The notes: generated from the sequence alone by a model not told the origin. A stretch of 64,000 nucleotides of DNA from Deltaproteobacteria bacterium (GCA_030690165.1 JAUYHF010000007.1:26722-90721), one strand, 5' to 3'. Counted from the stretch's first letter, positions 20,861-28,111 are shown. Numbers and translations are program-made.

Positions 20861-21109
20861 ATGGCAAGAAAGATAGAGGTCTTCAGTGCCGGATGTCCAA
20901 TCTGCAATGAAACCCTCAAGATGGTAAGGGATGTTACCAAGTCCTGCGGCTGCGAGGTTATTGAGAGGAGATGCAGAGGAGATGTATGCTGTGATGAGGC
21001 TGTAAGGTATGGTGTAAAGACAGTCCCTACCATAGCGGTTGATGGTGTTATAGTTTTTGAGGGCAGACCCACAAAGGAGCAGGCAAGGACAATCCTGGCA
21101 AGGTATTAG
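20861..21109 (+). CDS. small thioredoxin-fold protein (Thioredoxin_3/glutaredoxin-like) with extra Cys pairs
   Basis: MARKIEVFSAGCPICNE...VPTIAVDG pattern, plus CGC and CRGDVCC. ATG 20861 is preferred over GTG 20852 (RBS AAAGGGGG). Confidence 0.7.
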   Translation: MARKIEVFSAGCPICNETLKMVRDVTKSCGCEVIERRCRGDVCCDEAVRYGVKTVPTIAVDGVIVFEGRPTKEQARTILARY

Positions 21110-21170
21110 TATTAAGGGCAAATGGGGCAAAATTCCCATTTGCCCTTAATATCTTTGGGAGGTGAAATCT

Positions 21171-21503
21171 ATGAAGGAAAGACGTGCATCTATTGCAGGT
21201 ATGTTTACCGCGCTTATTGCCGCGAGTTGCTGTATCGGTCCAGCCCTTTTCCTTGCCTTTGGGATAACAGCCTTGGGGTTTCTTACAAGGCTTGAGGTCT
21301 TTAGACCATATCTTCTGATTTTGACATTTGTCCTTGTTGGTATCTCCTACCATTATGTCTATGGCAAGGGTTCAAGGTGCAAAGATGACGAGGTATGCAA
21401 CCCAAGGGCAATAAGGATAAACAGGGTCCTCTTCTGGGTTCTTGTGGGTTTCGCAGTATTCGGGATTAGTTTCCCGTATGTTGCAGCATGGCTGCTGGTT
21501 TAG
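21171..21503 (+). CDS. merT: MerT-like mercuric ion transport membrane protein
   Basis: First TM carries a vicinal Cys pair (LIAASCCIGPALF); second Cys pair in the loop (CKDDEVC). About 110 aa, 3 TM. ATG 21171 after GGGAGG. Confidence 0.7.
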   Translation: MKERRASIAGMFTALIAASCCIGPALFLAFGITALGFLTRLEVFRPYLLILTFVLVGISYHYVYGKGSRCKDDEVCNPRAIRINRVLFWVLVGFAVFGISFPYVAAWLLV

Positions 21504-21525
21504 ATAAAAAAAGGAGGATTTTTTT

Positions 21526-21819
21526 ATGACAAGGTTAGCCGCTATCCTTATCTGTCTGGTCTTTATATCTTCAAACCCTGCAATAGCAGGGGAGGTAAAA
21601 TCTGTTACCCTTGAAGTGAAAGGGATGACATGCAAACTGTGTCCCCCGATGGTAAAGAAGGCGCTAACAGATGTGAAGGGGGTTAAGAAGGTTGATGTAA
21701 GTCTTGAAAAAAAAGAGGCCCATGTGGAATACGAGGATGGGGTAGTAAAACCAGAGGAACTAATCAAGACTATAGATAAAGCAGGTTTTAAAGCATCTTT
21801 ATCAAAGGAAAAGAAATAG
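21526..21819 (+). CDS. merP: MerP-like periplasmic heavy-metal-binding protein (HMA fold)
   Basis: Signal peptide plus VTLEVKGMTCKLCPPMVKKAL (GMTCxxC). Confidence 0.85.
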   Translation: MTRLAAILICLVFISSNPAIAGEVKSVTLEVKGMTCKLCPPMVKKALTDVKGVKKVDVSLEKKEAHVEYEDGVVKPEELIKTIDKAGFKASLSKEKK

Positions 21820-21845
21820 GCGGTTGCAAATTGAAAGGATTATCT

Positions 21846-22292
21846 ATGGAATGTTGTCCTCCCCAAAAGATACAAACCGATTTGGTTAAATGTTCAGGTT
21901 GTGGTAATACCGGACAGTCTATTAAAACCAGAACCCTCAAACACTGGCTCATAGCAGAACTTGTGCCCACCATCCCTAAAGTCCTCTTTTATTTCTGCAA
22001 GACAAGGGACTGTTCTGTAGTCTACTTTTCAGAGGATGGCTCTATCCGATATACAAAAGACCAACTCCGGGGCATAATAGGTGTCAAAGAGACAACCTCT
22101 CCCATTCAGGTGTGTTACTGTTTTGGTGTTACAGAGGAGATGATATTAAAGGAGATTAGAGAGACAGGCAAGTCGTCCTATTCCACATGGATTGCAAAAG
22201 AGATAAAGGAGGGTAATTGCGCCTGCGATGTGCGTAACCCAAAGGGTAGTTGCTGTCTTGCCGAGATAAAAAAGGCTGAAAAAGGACATTAA
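21846..22292 (+). CDS. Cys-rich protein resembling the CopZ N-terminal Zn/[2Fe-2S] (BFD-like) domain
   Basis: MECCPP..., CSGCGN, then CYCFGVTEEMILKEI...GNCACDVRNPKGSCCL (CxC...CxC...CC, BFD-like). The start is probably ATG 21846 rather than TTG 21831. Confidence 0.5.
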   Translation: MECCPPQKIQTDLVKCSGCGNTGQSIKTRTLKHWLIAELVPTIPKVLFYFCKTRDCSVVYFSEDGSIRYTKDQLRGIIGVKETTSPIQVCYCFGVTEEMILKEIRETGKSSYSTWIAKEIKEGNCACDVRNPKGSCCLAEIKKAEKGH

Positions 22293-22599
22293 AGGAGGAG
22301 GTGATTACAAATGTTGAAGAGATGGATGTTAAGGGCTGTGGCCCACTGTTCAGAGGGTTGTAGTATCTCGCCCTGGGCAAGGCGTTAAAAGGCCCATGAC
22401 AGTTGGATGTCAAATAAAACAAAAAAAGCTTACTATAAAGAAGTGAGTTAAAAGGAGTATATGGCAATTACAATCTGTTAAGGTATAATTTGACAAAAGA
22501 AAAAATCTAACAGAGTATAGATAAAAATGGACAGAAAAATACTGGTAAAATTGTCCAAGCTTAAGAGCTGGAAAAATAAAAAAAGGGACAGGAAAACTC

Positions 22600-22668
22600 A
22601 TGATACCTAACAAGAGTTATGACAAAAATTTCAAAGCAAAAGTAGCGTTAGAGGCATTAAAGTTTATT
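22600..22668 (+). mobile_element. 23-codon stub of an IS3-family transposase OrfA N-terminus
   Basis: MIPNKSYDKNFKAKVALEALK is the characteristic start of IS3-family OrfA (..FKAKVALEALKGE..). Similarity and base composition break at about 22665-22680. Confidence 0.5.
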
Positions 22669-22992
22669 GATCCAAGTATAGCCATCGCACTCAGCCTCAT
22701 CTTGGTTGCGACCAGTGTATTGGCCGCTCCAGCCAGCTACCGACTGCGGGTAGACGGACTCGCTTGCCCGTTCTGTGCCTATGGCATCGAGAAGAAGCTG
22801 GGCGCGCTTGAAGGCGTCCAGAGCGTTGAAACGCACATCAAAGACGGTGTCGTGATCGTCACCATGAAGGGTGGGGTTACGCTCGATGAAGCAACGGCCA
22901 AAAAGGCGGTGAAAGAAGCCGGCTTTAATCTGCGCAGCTTCGAACAGACCCAAGCCGCTCCACAAAGCACACCGGGAGGACAGGCAAATTGA
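22600..22992 (+). CDS. periplasmic HMA-domain protein; native start lost, reading frame now opened by the IS3 stub
   Basis: From about 22676: ..IAIALSLILVATSVLAAPA (signal-peptide remainder) then YRLRVDGLACPFCAYGIEKKLGALEGVQSVE (HMA with CPFC). G+C-rich codon usage. Confidence 0.6.
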   Translation: MIPNKSYDKNFKAKVALEALKFIDPSIAIALSLILVATSVLAAPASYRLRVDGLACPFCAYGIEKKLGALEGVQSVETHIKDGVVIVTMKGGVTLDEATAKKAVKEAGFNLRSFEQTQAAPQSTPGGQAN

Positions 22993-23882
22993 AGACGGTG
23001 TTGAGGACGGGGGTGGCCGCCTTGTGCCTATGGAGCGCAGCCGCCTGGAGTGCGCCGAGCACCTTCAATACCGCCCTTCCGGTCTACGAGGACGGCTGGG
23101 TTCTGCGCGAGCAGTTTTTATTCATGAAGAACGCCGACGATCCCACGTCCGCGAACCGCGACATGGAAGTGTCAGGCGTTATGTCGGTGCTGGGTTATGG
23201 CGTAACCCGTGATCTCGCGTTGTTTGGTGTGCTGCCCTACTTCGATAAACGCCTGGATATGACCATGGGCGGGCAGGATATCACCCGTCGTAAACAGGGC
23301 ATGGGCGATATCACTTTAATGGGGCGCTACACGCTGTTCGAGCGCAATGCTCAGGGACAGACATTGCGTGTGGCGCCGTTTCTTGGGGTGAAAGCCCCGA
23401 CTGGCAGCGACAACGCCCGGGACGGTTTGGGGCGTCTGCCGCCGCAGGTTCAGCTTGGTTCAGGTTCATGGGATATACTCGGCGGTGTGGTCGGCACTTA
23501 CCAAACGCTGGATTTCGAGATCGACGGCCAAGTGAGCTACAAGGCCAATCGCGAAGCCAACGGTTTTCAATTCGGCAATGTGACCGAACTCGATGCTTCG
23601 CTCCAGTACCGCCTGTGGCCGCGCAGTTTGGGTGCAGGCCTTCCTGGTTTTCTCTACGGCGTCATAGAAGCCAACCTCGTTCATGCGGCCAAGGACCGGA
23701 GCGGTGGCTTGGCTGACCCGAACTCGGGAGGCGCCACGCTGTTTATCGCGCCTGGGCTGCAATATGTCACCCGCAAATGGATTGTCGAGGCCGGCGTTCA
23801 GATTCCCGTCATCCAGAACCTCAATGGCACGGCGCTCAAGAACGATTATGTCTTTACCACCGGGTTCCGCATCAACTTCTAA
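22989..23882 (+). CDS. outer-membrane beta-barrel protein (MetA-pathway/transporter-type porin)
   Basis: 297 aa, signal peptide (CLWSAAAWSAP), alternating beta-strand pattern, C-terminal TTGFRINF. High G+C. Confidence 0.6.
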   Translation: MKTVLRTGVAALCLWSAAAWSAPSTFNTALPVYEDGWVLREQFLFMKNADDPTSANRDMEVSGVMSVLGYGVTRDLALFGVLPYFDKRLDMTMGGQDITRRKQGMGDITLMGRYTLFERNAQGQTLRVAPFLGVKAPTGSDNARDGLGRLPPQVQLGSGSWDILGGVVGTYQTLDFEIDGQVSYKANREANGFQFGNVTELDASLQYRLWPRSLGAGLPGFLYGVIEANLVHAAKDRSGGLADPNSGGATLFIAPGLQYVTRKWIVEAGVQIPVIQNLNGTALKNDYVFTTGFRINF

Positions 23883-23894
23883 GGAGAATGAGAC

Positions 23895-24887
23895 ATGAAA
23901 CTCACCACCGCTATCAAGGTAGGCCGCACTATCATCATCGTAGCGGCGGTCTTCATGGTGGCCGGCCGGCTGGCTTTCGTGCCTTCGGCTAAGGAGCCGT
24001 CCTACCGGTTCGTCACCGCGTGGGGTGAAAAAGGGGATGCCCCGGGACAGTTCAACGACCCGACCGGAATCGCCGTGGCCGGCGACGAGGTGTTTGTCGC
24101 CGATTCCCGCAACGGCCGCATCCAGGTCTTCGATCTCGACGGCCACTTCAAGCGCCAGTTCGGTTCGCCAGGCGATGGCCCTGGCCGGTTGGGCCGGCCG
24201 ATGAATCTCACGGTTCACGAGGGCGAGCTCTACGTTGCCGAGTACTTCAACGACCGCATCCAGATGTTCGCGCTCGACGGCACCCCGAAGCGGACCATCG
24301 GCAAGCCGGGAAGCGGCCCAGGCGAATTCAATGCGCCGGGTGGGGTGGCCGTGGCGCCGAACGGCGATCTGTTTATCGCCGATTTCTACAATCAGCGTAT
24401 CCAGCACCTCAAGGCGAACGGCCGCTTTGTGCGCCAGTGGGGCACGACCGGTAAAATCGGCATCTGGGCGGAGGAGTTCAACTATCCCACGGACGCGGCC
24501 TTGGGTCCCGACGGCATCCTTTACGTGGCCGATGGCTACAACGACCGGATACAGGTCTTCGGTTCCGACGAGACTTTCCTGCGCAAATGGGGCGGCCCGT
24601 TCGCCATGAACATCTTCGGCCCGTTCAACGGCTGGTTTGCGACGGTGACCAATGTGACGGTCGACAGGAAAGGCGATGTGTTCGTCGCTGACTTTTACAA
24701 CCATCGGATTCAGAAATTCGCCGCCGATGGCACGTTCCTGACCCGCTTCGGCACGAAGGGAAGCGGCCCAGGCCAGTTTAATCATGCCATCGCTGTGGCG
24801 GCGGCCGATGACGGAACGGTATTCGCCGTCGATTTCGGCAACAACCGCGTGGGAAAATGGCGGCAGGGAATGAGTTATGAGCGGTAG
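23895..24887 (+). CDS. NHL-repeat six-bladed beta-propeller protein
   Basis: Repeated G.G.GQFN.P.GVAV...G.L(Y/F)VAD..N.RIQ.F blades (six copies); N-terminal TM/signal. High G+C. Confidence 0.8.
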   Translation: MKLTTAIKVGRTIIIVAAVFMVAGRLAFVPSAKEPSYRFVTAWGEKGDAPGQFNDPTGIAVAGDEVFVADSRNGRIQVFDLDGHFKRQFGSPGDGPGRLGRPMNLTVHEGELYVAEYFNDRIQMFALDGTPKRTIGKPGSGPGEFNAPGGVAVAPNGDLFIADFYNQRIQHLKANGRFVRQWGTTGKIGIWAEEFNYPTDAALGPDGILYVADGYNDRIQVFGSDETFLRKWGGPFAMNIFGPFNGWFATVTNVTVDRKGDVFVADFYNHRIQKFAADGTFLTRFGTKGSGPGQFNHAIAVAAADDGTVFAVDFGNNRVGKWRQGMSYER

Positions 24888-24891
24888 GCGC

Positions 24892-24922
24892 TTGACTTGG
24901 AGTCATCTCCAGGCTCTAACCT
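24892..24922 (+). promoter_or_regulatory. orphan MerR-family (CueR/ZntR/CadR-type) metal-responsive promoter
   Basis: TTGACT (24892-24897), 19-nt spacer TGGAGTCATCTCCAGGCTC with dyad CTTGGAG/CTCCAGG, then TAACCT (24917-24922). Same layout as E. coli PcopA/PzntA. Confidence 0.6.
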
Positions 24923-25034
24923 TAAAGTTGAACCAGAAGGCCGGTCTCCCTTTTGCCAAGCGCCGGCAAAAAATAGTAGCATCCTGCGCAAAACCTTGTT
25001 AGACTTTGCATGAGATTTTCATCAGGGATGCCGT

Positions 25035-25706
25035 ATGAACAAAACCAAACTCTGGTACATAAACGCAAATAAACTCTTCTCCGGACTCTCGGGAAAAAAC
25101 AGGGGCGAAATAGCATCCAAATTAACGGAGATGAATGTTAAGAAAAATGATTTTGTCTACAACGCAGGGGATAAAGCCAAGACCGTCTATGTAGTGAAGG
25201 AAGGCAGGGTCAAAATAATCCGATACTCTCCGGATGGAAGAGAGCTTATAATCGACATCCTTGAACAGGGAGACATATTCGGCGAACTGGCTATGGCCGG
25301 AGAAAAAGAACGGGAAACCGATGCAGTGGCAATGGAAGATTCCTTTATATGCGCTATGCAACGGGGAGATTTTGAAGACCTGCTCGGTCAAATGCCGGGT
25401 CTTTCTCTTAGCATAATAAAATGGATGGGCCTTCGGTTGAGGAGGGTAGAGAACCGTTTTGAGAATATGATCTTTAATGATGTGCGGACGAGACTTATCG
25501 CCCTCTTCAATGACCTGGCTAAAAAATACGGTATGACTGTTAATGATGGAATAAAGATAAAACTTAGATTATCGCACAATGAGATAGCCAGCCTCGTCGG
25601 CGCCACAAGAGAGACGGTCACGCTCGAATTAAACAACCTCAAAAGAAGCGGCAGCATCCTCATGGATGGTAAATATTTTATCCTGCCTCAAAAGCATCTA
25701 TCATAA
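25035..25706 (+). CDS. Crp/Fnr-family transcriptional regulator (copy 1)
   Basis: 223 aa; cNMP-binding beta-roll (VYVVKEGRVKIIRYSPDGRELIIDILEQGDIFGE) plus C-terminal HTH (SHNEIASLVGATRETVTLELNNLKR). Confidence 0.9.
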   Translation: MNKTKLWYINANKLFSGLSGKNRGEIASKLTEMNVKKNDFVYNAGDKAKTVYVVKEGRVKIIRYSPDGRELIIDILEQGDIFGELAMAGEKERETDAVAMEDSFICAMQRGDFEDLLGQMPGLSLSIIKWMGLRLRRVENRFENMIFNDVRTRLIALFNDLAKKYGMTVNDGIKIKLRLSHNEIASLVGATRETVTLELNNLKRSGSILMDGKYFILPQKHLS

Positions 25707-25719
25707 ATTTTTCTGAATT

Positions 25720-25735
25720 TGTAAGTTTCATTACA
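25720..25735. promoter_or_regulatory. CRP-like box TGTAA-N6-TTACA (site 1)
   Basis: TGTAAGTTTCATTACA, perfect 5-bp arms. Lies between crp copy 1 and TVP38 gene 1. Confidence 0.45.
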
Positions 25736-25794
25736 TTTTTACCCTGATTCCTCTGGTATAGTTCAACAATGAAGAACCCCGGTTCAATAAGGAA

Positions 25795-26637
25795 GTGCAA
25801 CACTTAGGAAAGGAAGGTATCCTAAGTGAATGCTGGTTTCATGGATTTTGGAAGTATGTTGAGGAGATTATTGTGAATCAAGATAAGTCGAAAATAACGA
25901 AGAGAAAGGCAAGGTATATTATAGGTGCCTCAATCCTTATCATCATAATTCTTACCAGTTTTGCCCTGCTACCAGACTCTCTCGTGGCATTCCTCGAGCC
26001 AGAGGGGAGCATACAGAGGTGGCTAACCGCCGCTGGGAAGATGGCACCGCTGCTCTTCATTGCAGTAATGGCTTTAACGGTTGCAAGCCCGTTACCGACG
26101 CTTCCCCTGGATATAGCCGCGGGGGCATTATTCGGCCCGTTTCTGGGGACGCTGTATGCTGTGTTTGGCGCTTCTTGTGGAGCCATGATTAATTTTTTTC
26201 TGGCCCGTTATCTTGGGCGAAAATTTATTGAACGTTTTCTCAAGGGGCATATCAATTTTTGCACGATCTGTTCGGACAAACTCGTGGCCCGCCTGATTCT
26301 TATATCCCGACTGGTGCCGGTAATTTCTTTTGACCTGATAAGTTATGGAGCCGGGCTCACGAAAGTTTCTGCCCGGTCCTTTTTTCTGGCGAATTTCTTG
26401 GGCATGATCCCGCTCACGTTGGCCTACACATTGTTAGGCAAGTACGTGACCATCAAACTGTGGATGGCAATTCCCCTGGGGGTAGTCATGGTGGCGCTGT
26501 TTTTTGCCATCCCTTACTGGCTTGAGAAGCATGACCTATTCGGGGTGAGCAAGCTGTTCCGCCATCCAGAAGCCGATCAAGAAAAGCAAACAGGGACACT
26601 TTCAGATATGCTAAAAGACGTCAAAGAAAGGAGGTGA
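25795..26637 (+). CDS. TVP38/TMEM64 (DedA-related, VTT-domain) membrane protein, copy 1
   Basis: PLPTLPLDIAAGALFGPFLGTLYAVFGASCGAMINFFLARYLGRKF...LISRLVPVISFDLISYGAGLT. The true start may be GTG 25873 (after GAGGAG). Confidence 0.8.
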   Translation: MQHLGKEGILSECWFHGFWKYVEEIIVNQDKSKITKRKARYIIGASILIIIILTSFALLPDSLVAFLEPEGSIQRWLTAAGKMAPLLFIAVMALTVASPLPTLPLDIAAGALFGPFLGTLYAVFGASCGAMINFFLARYLGRKFIERFLKGHINFCTICSDKLVARLILISRLVPVISFDLISYGAGLTKVSARSFFLANFLGMIPLTLAYTLLGKYVTIKLWMAIPLGVVMVALFFAIPYWLEKHDLFGVSKLFRHPEADQEKQTGTLSDMLKDVKERR

Positions 26638-26642
26638 ATATT

Positions 26643-26792
26643 ATGGCGGATAAAACTCAAAAAGAAAAGCTTTTTGCCCAATGTTCATGCGGTTCTGGCA
26701 AAAAATATGGAGAATGTTGCGGCAGAAATGAGCCGTGTTCTTGCGGTTCCGGTAAAAAGGCAGGGGAGTGTTGTTTTAAGGCTGCAAAATGA
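26643..26792 (+). CDS. 49-aa protein with two SEC-C-like metal-binding knuckles (not in ORF track)
   Basis: AAGGAGG RBS then MADKTQKEKLFAQCSCGSGKKYGECCGRNEPCSCGSGKKAGECCFKAAK: two CxCGSGKK-x3-CC units. Confidence 0.65.
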   Translation: MADKTQKEKLFAQCSCGSGKKYGECCGRNEPCSCGSGKKAGECCFKAAK

Positions 26793-26849
26793 TGTCAATA
26801 ACATTTTCTGCTATAATAAACCAAACACTAAAACAAAGGAGGATGGACT

Positions 26850-27464
26850 ATGTGTCAAAATTGGAAGAAGATGGTTATAATAGCATTACTGGCATTGCCA
26901 TTGATTATGATGGGAGGTTTTAGAGGGGATGCTCAGGCAGGTGAAAAGAACCCCTGTGCAAAAAATCCTTGCGCCATGAAAAACCCATGCGCCAAGAATC
27001 CATACGCGGCTAATCCATGCGCGGCGAAGAAAGATATGGCAAAAAGTTCAAAACCTATCAGGAAAATAACTATTACCGATAAGGACAAACTCATGAAGCT
27101 GGGCGAGAAACTATGGAATGACACAAAGCTCGGGACATCCGGTGCGGCCTGCGCTTTATGCCATCCCGGTGGCAAGGGTCTGAAGAAAGCCCCGTTTCCA
27201 AAATATCTGAAGATGCCTGATGATATTTTAACCTTAGACCAAATGATAAATTTCTGCATGGAAAACCCCATGAAGGGCAAGCCGCTATCATGGAACTCGA
27301 TAAAGATGACTGCCCTGGCAGCCTATATCCAGGCCAATGCAAAGGAGGAAGGGGAGGGAGGGACGCCTGCAAATCCGTGCGCTGCAAAGAATCCTTGCAT
27401 GATGAAAAACCCCTGTGGTATAAAGAATCCGTGTATGATGAAAAACCCATGCGGGAAGGAGTAG
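26850..27464 (+). CDS. secreted monohaem c-type cytochrome flanked by KNPC cysteine-repeat arms
   Basis: Signal peptide; N-arm GEKNPCAKNPCAMKNPCAKNPYAANPCAAKK; CALCH haem motif; C-arm ANPCAAKNPCMMKNPCGIKNPCMMKNPCGKE; AAGGAGG RBS. Confidence 0.75.
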   Translation: MCQNWKKMVIIALLALPLIMMGGFRGDAQAGEKNPCAKNPCAMKNPCAKNPYAANPCAAKKDMAKSSKPIRKITITDKDKLMKLGEKLWNDTKLGTSGAACALCHPGGKGLKKAPFPKYLKMPDDILTLDQMINFCMENPMKGKPLSWNSIKMTALAAYIQANAKEEGEGGTPANPCAAKNPCMMKNPCGIKNPCMMKNPCGKE

Positions 27465-27495
27465 GCTCTTTTTTAGCCACAGACTTCCATTAACC

Positions 27496-27519
27496 CAGAA
27501 AATGCATTTGCATTTTCTG
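27496..27519. promoter_or_regulatory. 24-bp near-perfect palindrome upstream of the 40-aa ORF
   Basis: CAGAAAATGCA-TT-TGCATTTTCTG (11-bp arms). No T-run follows, so it looks more like a protein-binding site than a terminator. Confidence 0.35.
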
Positions 27520-27549
27520 ACATGAATTGCAAAGAAGGAGGTGAAGACC

Positions 27550-27672
27550 ATGTCTCTTATGTGTCCCATGCAAGGGTGTAAGGAAAAACAGGGTATGTGC
27601 GGCCATGAGAAGGTCATGCTGGGTTTGGTGGGTATCATCGCGCTGGTAGTTTTATTGGTAAAGTTTGCTTAA
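27550..27672 (+). CDS. 40-aa Cys-rich, C-terminally membrane-anchored mini-protein (not in ORF track)
   Basis: AAGGAGG RBS 7 nt upstream; MSLMCPMQGCKEKQGMCGHE followed by the hydrophobic helix KVMLGLVGIIALVVLLVKFA. Confidence 0.5.
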   Translation: MSLMCPMQGCKEKQGMCGHEKVMLGLVGIIALVVLLVKFA

Positions 27673-27757
27673 GTCGGTTGGGCCATAAACGTCTTCATAT
27701 CCCATGAGTTAAGCAAACCAGGTGTCTGCAAATACATAAAAAAAGGAGGTGAAAACT

Positions 27758-28060
27758 ATGTATCGGAACTTTAAAAAAGCAATTGCTGTTGCTTTGGTGA
27801 CATTGCCACTATTTATGTCCGGCGGTTTTAGCAATGTTCAGGCCGAGGAGAAAAATCCCTGTGCAGCTAAAAATCCGTGTATGGCGAAGAATCCTTGCGC
27901 AAAAGGCGCGGCAAAACACGCTAAGGCGGGCGTAAAATATTTGCAGGAGGCCATCAAGCATCTGGAAGAATCTGCTAATGCAGGCGGCGACGCCCATGTT
28001 CAAGAGGCGCTTGACCATGCAAAAGAGGCGCTAAAGCATGCAGAGGCGTCTGGCAAATAA
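27758..28060 (+). CDS. secreted KNPC-repeat protein with SmbP-like His-rich helical domain
   Basis: Signal peptide, EEKNPCAAKNPCMAKNPCAK, then AKHAKAGVKYLQEAIKHLEESANAGGDAHVQEALDHAKEALKHAEASGK. This resembles the small metal-binding protein SmbP repeats. ATG 27758 follows AAAGGAGG. Confidence 0.65.
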   Translation: MYRNFKKAIAVALVTLPLFMSGGFSNVQAEEKNPCAAKNPCMAKNPCAKGAAKHAKAGVKYLQEAIKHLEESANAGGDAHVQEALDHAKEALKHAEASGK

Positions 28061-28085
28061 GGAGAATAGCGCAAGAGAACAATCC

Positions 28086-28111
28086 CCAGCGGGGTAGTCA
28101 TACCCCGCTGG
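28086..28111 (+). terminator. strong hairpin after the SmbP-like gene (no T-run)
   Basis: CCAGCGGGGTA-GTCA-TACCCCGCTGG, 11-bp perfect stem. Confidence 0.4.

Noticed and set aside
23466-24785. 439-aa ORF on the minus strand covering most of the high-GC segment
   Set aside because: It is antisense to two plus-strand genes with clear family signatures (beta-barrel porin ending in F, six NHL blades). Its sequence is Arg/Ala/Gly-rich with no motifs, the usual long spurious ORF of high-GC DNA.
26674-26880. 68-aa ORF listed in the track
   Set aside because: It overlaps, in another frame, the SEC-C mini-ORF (which has a strong RBS and a recognisable motif) and the start of the cytochrome gene. It has no RBS of its own.
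26930-27455. Short tandem DNA repeats (15-18-nt period) that might be a CRISPR or VNTR array
   Set aside because: They are in frame, encode the KNPC peptide repeats, are imperfect at third positions, and have no spacer structure. No CRISPR-like repeat-spacer array was seen anywhere in the window.
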